A DNA stretch of 64,000 nt from Octopus sinensis (GCF_006345805.1 NC_043014.1:35092001-35156000); one strand, 5' to 3'. Shown: positions 1 to 14,564, counted from the stretch's first letter. The notes: a model not told the origin generated them from the letters alone. Program-made: numbers and translations.

Positions 1-440
1 CCAGGCACATGCATCACAACTATGTGCGTGACATGGTGATCTTATATCAAGATAAACAGCACATGAACTTGCAGGTGGAGCCCAATTAAAATTTTCTTCA
101 GGTTGAGTAGCCCATCCCGCTCAAAAGGTCCCTGAATAAGTTTGTTTAATGATGATGAACACAATACCCATATCTCCAGATGTAAATTATCCAACTCCCA
201 GAGAATTCCTCTTAGCACATGGCTATGATGCCTCCCACCACTACTTCTGCTCATGATCAGAGATGCCACGAAGGGGCATGATCAACTGGCTAACGTAAAG
301 CAACTGACGAGAAAATCTGTGGTATTGAGCAGAATATTTACTGTAGTCCATCTTTTATAACAAGACAAAACATGTACATGATAGCACTTCCAATCAGTTA
401 AGATCAAAAGCCGTGAGAGCCACTGCCTGGTACTGCATCA
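1..440. mobile_element. Interspersed repeat of uncertain class (second copy 35978-36441 abutting (TTA)n; fragment ~33375-33475)
   Basis: Colinear similarity between 1-440 and 35978-36441 (ccaggcacat...cctggtac). Confidence 0.7.
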
Positions 441-504
441 GCTCACAGCTGATTTTGCTGGATATGACGGAAAGTACCAGCTGCCCACAGCCAGCAGACT
501 AAAG

Positions 505-2290
505 TGACACTTATTTATTGATCATGCTCCAAGAACCCTTCGAAGAATTCTTACAGTTCCAAATAATGCTGATTTTTGTAGGTATTCTACCTTCACACTT
601 GCAACAATCTTTTTCAGCCATGTTCGTAGTTGACTGCTGATACTTCCAAGTGCACCAATTACTATTGGTATCACGTCTACTCTCTTCATTGACCTCAACC
701 TTCATATTTCCCACTTCAAATCGTCATTGTCTATTTTTCTTCTTCATTCACATTAGTCTTGTCGTCACCGGGGCAAACTATGTCGATTATCATACATGTT
801 CTTTCTTTTTATTCACCACAACAATGTCCTGTTTCAGATATCTGGTCGGATGATCGCACTGGATCATTGCATCCCACAGGATTTTGCAATTCTCATTTTC
901 GCTGACTCCTTCTGGAGTTTTCTCATACCACATCCTTGCTCTTTGTAAGCCGTGATTTCCACAGAGCTCCCAATGGCTCATCCTTGCCATATTGTCATGT
1001 CGTCTTTTGTATTCGCGTTGTGCCAATTTCTGGCATTCGCTAACGATGTGCCATACTGTTTCACACCTCTCACCACGCATTCTGCATTTGTCGCTATCAG
1101 TAGCTTTGTGCACTTCATATAATTGGTCCTGAATGCTTGTTCCTGTACTGCGCATATGAGTACTTCTGTCTCTATCTTCAGTTCACTCCTCATCCATAGC
1201 TACCGGTCCTGTGTTCAAATCTTTTACAAACTGGCTATACTTTTCTTTTCCTTTCATGTTTTCTTTTACCATTTCTTGTTTACATTTATCCTTCGTTACC
1301 CAATTTTCAGTTTTGATGACGCCGGCCTTCTTCGTGTGTTTCAAAAGTGGCTCCACGGAATTTTTTATATATCACACTAAGCTGTTTCCCCCCGCTTCGA
1401 TACAGTCCTGGTAACTGATCAAACCTCTCCCACCCTTTCTTCTGGACATGTACAGCCTATCGGTGTCACTCTTAGGGTGGAAGACTCTGTGTACTGTCAA
1501 CATCTTTCTGGTATTGGTATCCATTTTCTTCACTTCTCTCTTTTGCCTTTTTATAATTTCCGCGCCATACCGCAGTGATGCTTTCAGCTACATATTCACT
1601 GCTTGGATTTTATTCTATCTCGTCAATTTTGAGTGTAACACCAATTTCAGTCTTCGGAAATATTCCATCCTCAGTTGCTCTTTTCTTTCCTTTTCCATTA
1701 TCTCATTGAATTCCAGTTACCAAGGTATCTTTGCGTTGCAATTTGTTTAATCAAGTCTCTATTCGGTAATTCTATCCATGCTAGGTACTGTACCCCACCT
1801 CTTTTTAGGTAGATTATTCCGCACTTGAGTCCAAATTGTATTTTATATCAGTGCTAAAACAGTGGACTGTGTTCACCAATGAACTCACTTGTGTCTCATC
1901 TTTGCCTTACAGTTTCAAATCATCCATGAAGAGGAGGTGGTTGAATGTTTGGGATTTTCCCTCTAGTTGGTACTCCAGGTTAATTTTCCTAAATACCTAG
2001 GTCAGGGGTGTCATGCAGAGAACAAAAAGCAACAGAGATAGGCTATCACCCCGGAAAATCCCTCTTCCGATACCAAGGGTGTCCAAACTTTTTCCGTAAG
2101 ATGTCAGTTCAATTTTCCATCCCACCATGCTTTTCTTCGGGAACTCCGTTACATTCCTTGCAATTCCAAACAGATCGAACCACTCAATGATCCACGAATG
2201 TGGAATCATATCATAAGCTTTGCGATGGTCAATCCAGGCCATTCCCAGATTTGTTCTTCGTTTACAATCTTGCATTACCATTTTGTCTAT
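505..2290 (-). mobile_element. Decayed R4/Dong-like non-LTR retrotransposon (RT, CCHC knuckle, restriction-like endonuclease)
   Basis: Fragments [54 protein letters not shown] and ILWD..DIVV, with many stops and frameshifts. Confidence 0.85.
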
Positions 2291-4577
2291 CAGTAGTTGA
2301 TTTTTGGTACCTCTGCATTACTATTATAATCAATAATATTAATACGCCAATTTGTATTTTGTACGTACCTGACGCGTGTGTCACGCACAAAAAAAAAAAC
2401 TGTTGAAAGAAATATTATTGTTTAAATAAAAATTTTAACTAGAGCTCTTGTAATTTCTGGAAGAGATTTGAAGCCAACACCTATGCGTGGCATTACTACT
2501 TCTCAACACCCATGCCTACTGTTCCACCGAAGTAGCAACACTCTTAACAGGAAAATTAAGATACTTAAATTTGACGCATGTGTTGAGCATGGGCGAGAGG
2601 AATTGAGAAAGAAAGAGAGAGAGTGAGTGGGAGTGGCTGAATTCCTTTTAATTCCTTTCTATGATTGAGCTGAAATTGACCCCTGGCTATTAAAGTCCCC
2701 CCCCCCCATTTGTTTTAGGTCTTCTACCCATTTGAATTCGGCCATACACCAGATAACGTGGTAAGTCCTATGTTCCGAAATTTAAATTTTGAATTTGTTT
2801 TAATTATAAAATTACACCTCAGGTAAAAAACATCTTTTAGTTTTCGAATACAACCTTTTCTTTCTCTTTCTATATTTTTGTTAAGTTACAATTTCTCTGT
2901 TTTGGTCAGGAATTTTTCAATTTCTCTTTTCTTGTATCAAGTAATGGATGAAAGCATCAAAAAATTAAATTCATAGAGCCGAAAAAAAAATATAAATTCT
3001 ATTTTTTCCCTTTCCTTAATACTAGCAAGAGCACAGTATGAGAGAGATTTGGCTATTATTTCTAGCAAATTGAATAACTACAGAAAGTTGTTCAATTGGC
3101 TCATTTGTTGATGTGTATAAGTAAACAAAAACTAAAAGACACACACACACACGCACACACACATATATGTTTGTTCCCCCACCACCATTGCTTGACAACC
3201 GATGCTGGTATATTTGCATCCCTGTAACTTAACTCAAAATATTTTTGCACTTTAAAAAATTCATTTGTTTAATTATTAATTAATAATTAAAAAGTTGAAA
3301 ATAGGTTATAAAATAATAGTAGTACATAATTAGTACAACAAATAGAATGATGCAAAAATTAGTTATATATTACAGTAAAGTCTACCAATAACAACAAATT
3401 CGCAGTAAAATTTGCTTGAGTTATTGGCTAAGTTATTGCCAAGTCTTCACATTCTTAGTCTTGACCCAATACCTATTTTTTCATAATGAATTTGCCTACC
3501 ATATATACTATTCTACTTTGTATAAAACTTTAGCTATATTGGTACTCATGGCTCTCTTTTTTAAAGTATTCTAGTGTGTTAATATTTTAACAAAATAATG
3601 GTACCTTTTCTAATTATAATGTTACTTTGTAAATTAAAATCAAATAATTTTTTAACATTCAAATTTTATCCTTAGCTGCAATATTTTAAGTAAAAATGTT
3701 CTTATTTTGTACTTTTCCAGATGTAATAAGTTGTCTTGAACTTTTCCAACTGTAATAACTTGTCCTGTAATTTTCCAGGTTTATAATCTTCAGAATATTA
3801 TTTCCCTTGCTCACATTTTCCCATGTAATCCATTTTTTCCAGGCTATGCAATTATGCTAATTAATAATGTCAAATGTCTCAACTAGCGGTGTCGTTGATA
3901 ATTTTTCCTTACCTCAATGACACCGGTGACATATATTAAAAGTCCCATTATAGAACTATATTCATAAAAGATTATGAACTATATTGTTACCCTCAAATTT
4001 GAGAAACAAACACTCATAATTTTTTTCTTTTAAAACTTCATTGCATGTGATTGAAACCATGAAATTCCTGGAATTGAGCTTAAAATACAGTTTGTTTTGA
4101 AATAAAGAAAATTATACTTAAATCCAATTTTTTGCCTTACTTATATTTTTTATGATATTTTACCTAACAACATTTTTTGATACAGATTTTTGTTGCATGG
4201 GATCAAAACTATAAAATTTTTTACGCTTTCTTGTATCATTGAAGCTAAGATAAATATATTTTGCTTCTAAAATAAAAAAAAAGTTATTTCGATCTAAACT
4301 TGATTGGTGGCGTTACTTAGTCTTCTATAACGTTGCTACAAATTTTGATGTAAACTTTTTCATATTGGATGAAATCTCAATTTTTTAATGCCAAAATATA
4401 GGATCAGTCCTCTTCAAAAATGTTAACGATTTTCCATTTGGTTAGGAACTGAATTAGCGACAAGCTCTGAGAGATGCTGCGTGTGAGTAAATTGCGGTCT
4501 TAAGAATATTATTCAACTACTACCGTAGTTGAATGATATGCATGTATATACATACATACATACATACATACATACAT

Positions 4578-5272
<695 letters not shown>

Positions 5273-5378
5273 CACCGGAGTAAACACATAAATGTGAAAC
5301 AAGGTGGAAAAAAGAGTACTCAAATACCAGTGGTAGAGTAATATGCTTTATTTAAAGCAGCAGAAAATTCAACAAAAC

Positions 5379-5416
5379 CTGTTACTCTGAGTTTCCCGTT
5401 GCCGTTCATCGGACAG
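5379..5416 (-). ncRNA. Minimal hammerhead-like motif (U4C core) in a ~150-bp TA-flanked fragment
   Basis: Minus strand CTGT CCGATGA ACGGCAACGG GAAA CTC-A-GAG TA ACAG; stems I and III pair. Confidence 0.55.
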
Positions 5417-5544
5417 TTTATATATATATATATACGTACATTCATACATGCGAGCATGCATACATACACATACATACATTCATACATACACATACACACA
5501 TACGCGCACACACACACACACACACGCACACATATATATGTATG

Positions 5545-5681
<137 letters not shown>

Positions 5682-6498
5682 CACACACATACACAATAGC
5701 TGTAGTTTTAAATATAAAGTGAGTAAAAAGAGGAAGGCATGTGGAGTTAACAAGGCTTGATTTAAGCGGTTTTTGTTTATACTCTATGATCCAATCAGTG
5801 GATTTATGTTATGAAAAAAAAATTCTTCTATGTCACTTACCTAAGCTAGGAGATCAGATAATATGTCAAGTGTGGCTGTGTTGGAATGCTACTGATAGTT
5901 CTGGTGGTAGTAATTGTACTAATCTCCCTCCCACTCACTCTCGCTTCTTAATTATGAAATAGTGATTATCAGTAGTTTGGTAGGTGTTGCTTTAGGTTGA
6001 ACGTATTTAGTTGAAAAAATGGAGAAGGATGGAGAAATATCGAACGCTGAAACCGGAATATCGGCAGCAATAGCGCAATGCCACAAAGTTGGGGATGGTG
6101 GTAGGAGTGATGAAAGGTGTAGTCGATTAAACCGAGTCTAATGCTTCATTGAGATTTTGTTTTTGTGGGTGTCTGGACATTCTTTTGATATGTGTCCATA
6201 GAGTGTTGGTATGAAGAGACGAAATCATCCACCCTCTATTTCAGCCTAGCCTCTTTAATCTATGTCATGAGGGAAGGTTGCGTGGGTGAATGACGTCGTT
6301 TATCAATGTCGAAGGATTGCCGGTATCGAGAGATAAAGACGAATGACAAAGCTACCCTTGGTGGGATTTCAACTCAGAGAGAAAAGGACCGTAAATATAC
6401 ACACCAGTTGTAATGATTTTCTTAGGCGTTCTAGTTTGATGAGGAACAGAGGAAGGAAAGGTGGCAAATTGGTTGAAATAAACTACACAAGCAAAGCC

Positions 6499-6501
<3 letters not shown>

Positions 6502-6572
<71 letters not shown>
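6502..6572. repeat. (GA)n microsatellite
   Basis: Perfect AG run. Confidence 0.98.
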
Positions 6573-6576
<4 letters not shown>

Positions 6577-7084
6577 GGGATATGAGACCCTTTTCTCTCT
6601 TTCTACACTTCATGCTATTGTCACGGGTGCTATCTGGTCGTATGGTTATGAGAGCTGGTTATTAGATGAGCCGTCATTGAGTTGGCGAATGAGAATATGT
6701 TTCTTGATTGCATGAAGAAATAACTGAAAAACACCCGCAAACATTTAAGAGAAGTATTTCTTGTCGCATATGAAGACAATCTGCTTTGGCCATTAACAAC
6801 AGCAATAAATAAAGACTTGTAGAGAGATACTGATCTGAAATTACCGAATGCTATTGGTATGGCAATATGCAGTTGGCCCAACATATCAATTGTGCTACCT
6901 TCGTGGCGACGGATGTTCTTGGTCATCTGTCATATTGGTTCTTGGTCATCTCTCTTAGGCCGTCTGCTTAATGTCCGGAACCATCAGTAGAGGCGCATAT
7001 CGTTCAGCTGCCGGCCGCTGTCAACGCTCTGCGAAGAATTTATGCACTAAAAGGCTTCTTTTTATAGGGTACAAGAAGAATATT

Positions 7085-7682
7085 ATTTATTTCTTTACTG
7101 CCCACAAGGGGCTACACACAGAGGGGACAAACATGGACAGACAAACGGATTAAGTCGATTACATCGTCCCCAGTGCGTAACTGGTACTTATTTAATCGAC
7201 CCCGAAAGGATGAAAGGCAAGGTCGACCTCGGCGGAATTTGAACTCAGAACGTAGCGGCAGACGAAATACCTATTCCTTTACTACCCACAAGGGACTAAA
7301 CACAGAGAGGACAAACAAGGACAGACAAACGGATTAAGTCGATTATATCGACTCCAGTGCGTAGCTGGTACTTATTTAATCGATCCCGAAAGAATGAAAA
7401 GCAAAGTCGACCTCGGCGGAATTTGAACTCAGAACGTAGCGGCAGTCGAAATACCTATTTCTTTATTACCCACAAGGGGCTAAACACAGGGGACAAACAA
7501 GGACAGACATAGGTATTAAGTCGATTACATCGACCCCAGTGCATAACTGGTACTTAATTTATCGATCCCGAAAGAATGAAAAGCAAAGTCGACCTCGGCG
7601 GAATTTGAACTCACAACGTAACGGCAGACGAAATACCGCTAAGCATTTCGCCCGGCGTGCTAACGTTTCTGCCAGCTCGCCG
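7085..7682 (-). mobile_element. SINE family B (tRNA-like head, Meta-like core), trimeric
   Basis: Head ggcgagctggcagaaacgttagc; core gcctttcatcctttcggggtcgat repeated three times at ~185-bp period. Confidence 0.9.
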
Positions 7683-8570
7683 TTCAGCTGCCGGCCGCTG
7701 TTATCGCTCTACGAAGAATTTATGCACTAAAAGGGTTTCTTTTTATAGGGTACAAGAAGAATATTCTTGAAGATTGAATCACGTGATAGCTTCACGCTGA
7801 TTGGTTGCTTAATAGACTGATCACGTGAAACTATTGTCGTTCGCTGATGGGTCTGACCGGTTATCTAGCAGTTGGGGTTTCGAATCACTGCTGCACTGTT
7901 TATAATATTCAGTCTCAGCTGTCTGTTTCTCTATTCAAGCACTGACAGGACCCATTAAAGAAATATCATTAATACAACGCTGATCAAGCATACCACCCAC
8001 ATCACTACAAAATAACAACAAACAAAACCTGACCACATACCGTGTAAAATTAACGTATTAGATTAACTATAAAAGCACACCGGCTTTTAAGACGCATTTC
8101 CGTTTTGGTTGAGCTCTTAAGAGAACCACTTGCCAGTAACAAAAATCCTGACCTAAATTTCTGAGACATCATTTATTTTTAAACTTGTTTCAGTCATTGA
8201 ATTGCGGCCATAATGGAGCATCGCCTTGAAAATTGTTTTTTTTTAGTCAAACAAATCGACCCCGGTACATATTTTTGTTTGTCACGTATTTCAACTGCTA
8301 AAGGGAAATACACTGCAGTTACCATGGAAAAAATATCTCTCTTATGGTAAAAAGGTATGAAAACACCCAGTTTGTTCAGTGTCGCCCCTCTCTCGGGGAT
8401 CTCAGACATCGATGTTTCGAGTTTATTGACTCTTGTCGATGAGATGTATCTAAGAGATGATTCTTTATTACGATAATTATATATCACACATTGATGGGAC
8501 AACACAGGACATTACAAACAAATAGTGCGCTTATGAGTTCTTTTTAAAGTTGTTCTAAAAATACGATGAT

Positions 8571-8972
8571 ACTCTTACTCTTTTACTTGTTTCAGTCATT
8601 TGACTGCGGCCATGCTGGAGCACCGCCTTTAGTCGAGCAAATCGACCCCGGGACTTATTCTTTGTAAGCCCAGTACTTATTCTATCGATCTCTTGCCGAA
8701 CCGCTAAGTGACGGGGACGTAAACACACCAGCATCGGTTGTCAAGCAATGCTAGGGGGACAAACACAGACACACAAACATATACACACACACTTATATAT
8801 ATATACATATATACGACAGGCTTCTTTTAGTTTCCGTCTACCAAATCCACTCACAAGGCATTGGTCGGCCCGGGGCTATAGCAGAAGACACTTGCCCAAG
8901 GTGCCATGCAGTGGGACTGAACCCGGAACCATGTGGTTGGTTAGCAAGCTACTTACCACACAGCCACTCCTG
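8571..8972 (-). mobile_element. SINE family A (tRNA-derived, CORE-like, octopus OR-type)
   Basis: Head caggagtggctgtgtggtaag, B-box ggttcagtccc, CORE-like ccttgggcaagt, internal microsatellite, (gtaaaaga)n tail; many copies in the window. Confidence 0.9.
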
Positions 8973-9595
8973 ATGAAAGTTATATTTTTAAAATTTACAT
9001 GTTTTACAAGTTTATTCTTGGCCATGAAGCCCAACAGCTACACCATACTTTTCTACCATGGATGAGATTAAGTAGGGTCATTCATACCCAACTTCCTTGC
9101 CACATCCTTCCATCTTTACAAACGAAAGTCTCTGCACATAACGGAAAGAGAATCAGAGAAACTGTAAACAAAATCCTTTTTTTACTATCCTCATTTCTCC
9201 CTTGTTTTTTCCCCTCTTAACTCAGTATGATCGAAACATTGATCTACATTTCATATCGATCACTACTAACACTAATGAATTTTGTGCATTTAAACAAGAT
9301 GATCCACATTTTTTACATTATTGAATGTTATGAACATTTAAATCATATTTCATATTATTGAAACTTGTATGCATTGAAATTTTTCAACATGTTTTTCTAA
9401 TTCATAATTTAAAATTTTTACCGTTGATAAACAAAAAATATTGTTGAAACTAGTTTGGTATTTATGTAAATAGATTTATTTAAAAGCAATTACAAGTTTT
9501 TCAAATTTAGGTGGATTTTTGACTACAAATTTGCCTATAGTTTTCCTGCGTAGAAACACACCCCCTCTTTTGTTTCATATATATATATATATATA

Positions 9596-10132
9596 CGAGC
9601 AAAACGCCCCCGTCCAATGGACAGTGCTAAGTTGTCAAACGTTTAAACCAAATTTTCTCAAAACAACTTGCCTCTCCTTTGAGAAATACTGATTTAACCT
9701 AAATTTGAGTCACCAGCAAAAGAAGAAATAAAGATAGACTTTTTTTCTATTCCAAAGAAAAACGATTTTATTCACACAAATATGCAGCCGAAGAGTTCAA
9801 AGTACCAGTAATGATAAGGCTATTGACTGGGAGAACACAAATATGGTTTAAATAGTAAGCTTGACAGGAAAGAAACGTGCCTTTAAGCAGTACAAAAACA
9901 ACAAAAAAATAGAAGGTGCAGTTAGTACAGGTTGACGGAAGAAAAGCTGGACAAAAATGGCTTTATCGATTGCATTCTCACCTGGAATCGATTTTTGTAA
10001 GTTTTTCAAGACTTATACACGCCCTGATATCGTCAGTATCTACATATCAAATTTGAGAGCAATCGGATGGAGGATGCCCATGATCCTAGAAGACACACAT
10101 AGAGACAGACAGAACGGATTTTATATAATAGA
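9596..10132 (-). mobile_element. Non-autonomous Helitron-like element
   Basis: Minus strand A|TC start, subterminal hairpin gtccattggac, end CTCG|T; related copies at 13369-13930 and ~18105-18385. Confidence 0.7.
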
Positions 10133-10144
10133 TGTGTGTGTATT

Positions 10145-10256
<112 letters not shown>

Positions 10257-10352
10257 GGTCCCGGGTGAGTCGGGGTTAACCACAGTAAATAAGGTACTCA
10301 ATACATAGCAGAGTAAATTAATTTATCTCCTTCTATAAAATAAATATATATA

Positions 10353-10543
10353 TATACGTAAATATAAGAGAGTTACCGTTAAGTGTTCAGCATTAATCTA
10401 TCTTTTCGTTGTATTTCACTTCCTTACGTTGAAGGTAATGTTATTTCTTTGTGGAAAAAACTTCGGTGGCTATACCAGAATAAGGAGCTATTTCTAGCAC
10501 TAGAGTTAACCACTTAACGGTAACTCTCTTATATTTACGTATA
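10353..10543. repeat. 33-bp perfect inverted repeat around a 125-bp spacer
   Basis: tatacgtaaatataagagagttaccgttaagtg (10353-10385) is the reverse complement of 10511-10543. Confidence 0.95.
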
Positions 10544-10640
10544 AATTTGTATCGTCTCCCTGGTTTTTATGTGCTAGGCCACTTGGTGTTAAACTGATGG
10601 TATTATTAAATTAATATCTATTTTTCATCCTCATTTATGA

Positions 10641-10680
<40 letters not shown>

Positions 10681-10683
<3 letters not shown>

Positions 10684-12045
10684 AAAATAGTAAAGAGTGA
10701 AAAAACGACAGAAGGCTTAAATGTTAAAAAATATATATTTGCGTCAAAATGTCTGGAGAATATTGGAAAAAATTTTTTTCCCTCCTTAAAATGACATAAT
10801 TTTATAATTTTTAAAGAAATACCGGTTTCGCAGTTAGCTCTTCAAATTTCTTGTGACTTAATGTTTATTTTTAATAACGTAATCCTTGTATTTTTGCTAC
10901 GGAGAGTTCTAAATAAGGGAAAGTAGTGAGTGGTTTCTTCCGGTGTAAGGGAGATAATCGCTTAAAAATTTTTTTTTTCCTTTAGTGTGAATTTCTCTGT
11001 ATTATTGAGTTCGGATAGTTGAGTCTGGGTTTGTACTTTTTAATGAAGAATGTTTCCTTATTTAGTCTAATTTGTGATGATGATCCGAAAGCACATTGGT
11101 AAAATGGAAAGATTAAAAATTGTGGTTGTAGTTGCTTTGCGCATTTCTCAATGTGTTCACTAAAAGGTATCATTCTATATTCTGGGAATGCAATCTGTTG
11201 TCGATGCAGTGTGCATCTACGTCTGAGTGATAGTCCCTTGGACCCCACGTAGTCTTGGTGGCAGCCCGAGCATTTAATGACATAAATTATGTTTTCAGAG
11301 GCACAAGTAAAGTTAGATTTGATCTTGAATTTCTGTCCCTCTTTAAAGAAGAATTCTGATCCTTCCAATAGGTTAGGACATGTTGCACAGTTCGATCTAC
11401 CACATTTTTTTTACTTTTGCATCCGTAATTTTAGAAGACAATTTTGCCTTTGTAAGAATCTTTTTAAGTGATTTAGGCTGTTTGTAGCTTTTAATGATTT
11501 GGTGTATGTTTAGAATTTCCTTTAATTTGGGGTTTTTATGAAGTATTGGTAAATTCTGGGTGATGATGGTGAAAGCTTCTTTGTTTCTGGGGTTGTATGT
11601 AGATATGTAAGGTAGTATTTTCGGGGAAGGTGTGTTGTTGTGTTGAACTTTTCTTAAAGTTTCTATGTTGATTTCTGTTGCACGTCTGATCCCATCCTCT
11701 ATGAGTTGAGTTGGGTAATGTCTGTCAATTAAGGTGTTTTTGAGTTCTTGCAGTCTGAAGTTCCTAGTGTTTTGTTCTGACACTATTGTGCATATCCTTC
11801 TTGAAAGGTTGAAGGGGATGTTTGTTTTAGTGTGTCTTGGGTGGCATGAACTAAAAAGAAGGTATTGTTTGGCGTCTGTGGCTTTGTAGAAAATGTCTGT
11901 TTCTATTTTAAGGTTAATTTTTTTAATTAGTATATCCAAGAACGGGAGTTCCTTTTGGTTGTATTCGATTGCGAACTGTATATTTGGGTTTATGCTGTTC
12001 AATAGGTTTTTAAATTTTAAGAGTTTATCTGTGTTTTCATTCACT
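10681..12045 (-). mobile_element. 5'-truncated Penelope-like retroelement (Neptune-like): RT thumb, Cys linker, GIY-YIG
   Basis: ELPFLDILI, YKATDAKQYLLFSSCHP, CGRSNCATCP (frameshift), FTCASENIIYVIKCSGCHQDYVG; flanked by (TA)n; hammerhead-like motif at 10814-10852. Confidence 0.92.
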
Positions 12046-12122
12046 CTTTACTATTTTCTTATATATTCACCCACGTGCTTTACCAAACAAACTTTCATAT
12101 ATATATATATATATTATATATA

Positions 12123-12166
<44 letters not shown>

Positions 12167-12184
12167 ATGAATAATATCTATCTG

Positions 12185-12261
<77 letters not shown>

Positions 12262-12449
12262 AAAACAAATGTTTTCATTTAAGATTACATCTGAGAATCT
12301 ATTAAGTAATGAGTTGTGGTTGCGAAGGATGGTAAGTGGTTCCCTTAAACATAGTTTTTTAACTGCATATCATTTGCCCATTTTGCGAAATCCATGTGAT
12401 TCCCTAATTACAATTAACTTTAGCTACAACTTAATCACACTAGTAACAT

Positions 12450-13324
12450 AAACCGTCGATTAAATATTCCATCTTAACATTTTCTTTGCTAATTTCCTCC
12501 TACACAACACATTCCCCCTTTGCTTCACCCCTATCCGCATTCTTTGAACTCCCCCCTCCATTACCATCTTGCCTCTCCAATTAAAATTGCTTACCACTGA
12601 CAAATGCCACCTCTACTACCTATGCATCCATACCTCTCTCTGTCTACCAACCTACCCCTATTTACTTTAATACACTTCTACATACCTGAGTACTCACGCT
12701 CCACCGCCGACCCACCTTCATTCTAGAAATTCCCCCTTCGCCACCCCACTAGAATATAATTGCCACCCCCCCTTACTTGATATTAACCCACCTCCTTTTC
12801 TCTCACTATCTCAACTTGCCTTTAGTTACATTGCCTACTACCCTAAATTTTTTACATCTATTCATAAACCCCGCAGCATTGGCTACCCTTCGAATACCAC
12901 TTACAACACTTCTTGTTTATCTCCCAATTCTCCATTTCTACTACAAATACAAACTCTCTCTGTACCCTTCCATCATCTTAATCCGACTTTCTGACTTCCT
13001 CTCCCTTTCCTTGCTCCAACATTTCACATAATCCCATCCAGCCACCTACCTCCTCTTGCCACTAACACTTCCTTGCCTATTACTACACCTGTTCTACCTT
13101 TAAATTTCCCTGTATAATGATGTGATACATTAAACTCTTATCTATGCACCCTGATGAAGGAGGCACTGGATTTTACCAGTGTTTGTTTGCTCCCTGAAAA
13201 TTTTTGAACTACACTTTCCAACGTCATGAAGTAACTCCGAGCCCTGAGGAACAGGTGTCGGACTTGTAATGCCTTTTCTCTTCTAATTCTTTGAGTCTAT
13301 ATAATTTGAGTAAGTTTACTCTAT

Positions 13325-13330
<6 letters not shown>
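12450..13330 (+). mobile_element. G-poor segment ending in a probable Penelope-like terminus with a degenerate hammerhead core
   Basis: CTGATGA at 13151, hairpin gcactgg..ccagtgt, GAAA at 13196; ends in (TA)n. Confidence 0.45.
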
Positions 13331-13368
<38 letters not shown>

Positions 13369-13369
<1 letters not shown>

Positions 13370-13930
13370 GAGCAAAACGCCCCCCCCCGTCCAATGGACG
13401 GTGCTGAATCATATCTGCTGAATAAAAAGCAATCAATGTTTTCTTTTCATTAAAAAATAATTAAGCATGCCTTTATTTCAATAAAATTTTGGGTTTTGTT
13501 AAACGAAGTTAAGGCAAAAAAAAAAAAAAACTTCTTGAGAAACCAAATAGTCTTTCCTTCCTTCATGCCAAGTTTGAAGAAAATATCTCTTTTGCATCTT
13601 ACTTTTTTGGTCTCTTAAATATACTGCATATTTTATGGCATTATTTCAAACCAGCCGGCTTTTTTTTTTTTTGCTCAAACTGCACGTGCATTTTACTAGC
13701 GTACGCGTAGTATCGATTGCACCAGCTGATGTACTTGCGCATACAAATGCACGTTCCCACGGCTTTATCAATCGCATTCTCACCTGGAATCGATTTTTGT
13801 AATCTTTTCAAGACTTATACACGCCCTAATACCGTCGGTATCTACATATCAATTTGAGCGCAATCGGATGGAGGATGCCCGAGATCCTAGAAGACACACA
13901 GACAGACAGACAGAACGGATTTTATATTAT
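13369..13930 (-). mobile_element. Non-autonomous Helitron-like element (same family as 9596-10132)
   Basis: Shared termini and the ccgtccaatggacgg hairpin. Confidence 0.7.
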
Positions 13931-13932
13931 AT

Positions 13933-13964
<32 letters not shown>

Positions 13965-14269
13965 ATATATATATAATATATAAACACATATATAGTCGGC
14001 ATAATTGTTCGCTAACTCAACAAGTATTTTTAATTCTACCCCATATTACGGCTCGAAACGTAAAAGACTTTCTCACTTTCCCGAGCGTCAAACTAATACA
14101 ACTGCTTATTGTTGTTCATACACCTGTCTTCGTCTTTTGTTTTTCTGTAAATTTCAACAGAACCATGTGGTTGGGAAGCAAGCTTCTTACCACGCAACCA
14201 CTCTTGCACCTATATAGTTTGTACATTTAAACTCAAGTCTCTCTCCCCTCTCTCCTCCTCTCTCCATAT

Positions 14270-14319
<50 letters not shown>

Positions 14320-14564
14320 ATAAATTAATAAATAATAAAACATATGCATATATACATACATACATGTATATATACATGCATATATGGGTACAAGACACCA
14401 AAAAAAAAAAACGTCGAACACAATGAGAAACGAAAACATAACACAAAACCAAGGAAATGAACATTTTTTTAAACAACGAAAAAATAGAGTACAGGACATA
14501 CAAAAAAAAGGAAAATTCCCCTTCTTCAGTCGCCTTAATTTCATCTACTCCACGTATATATATG

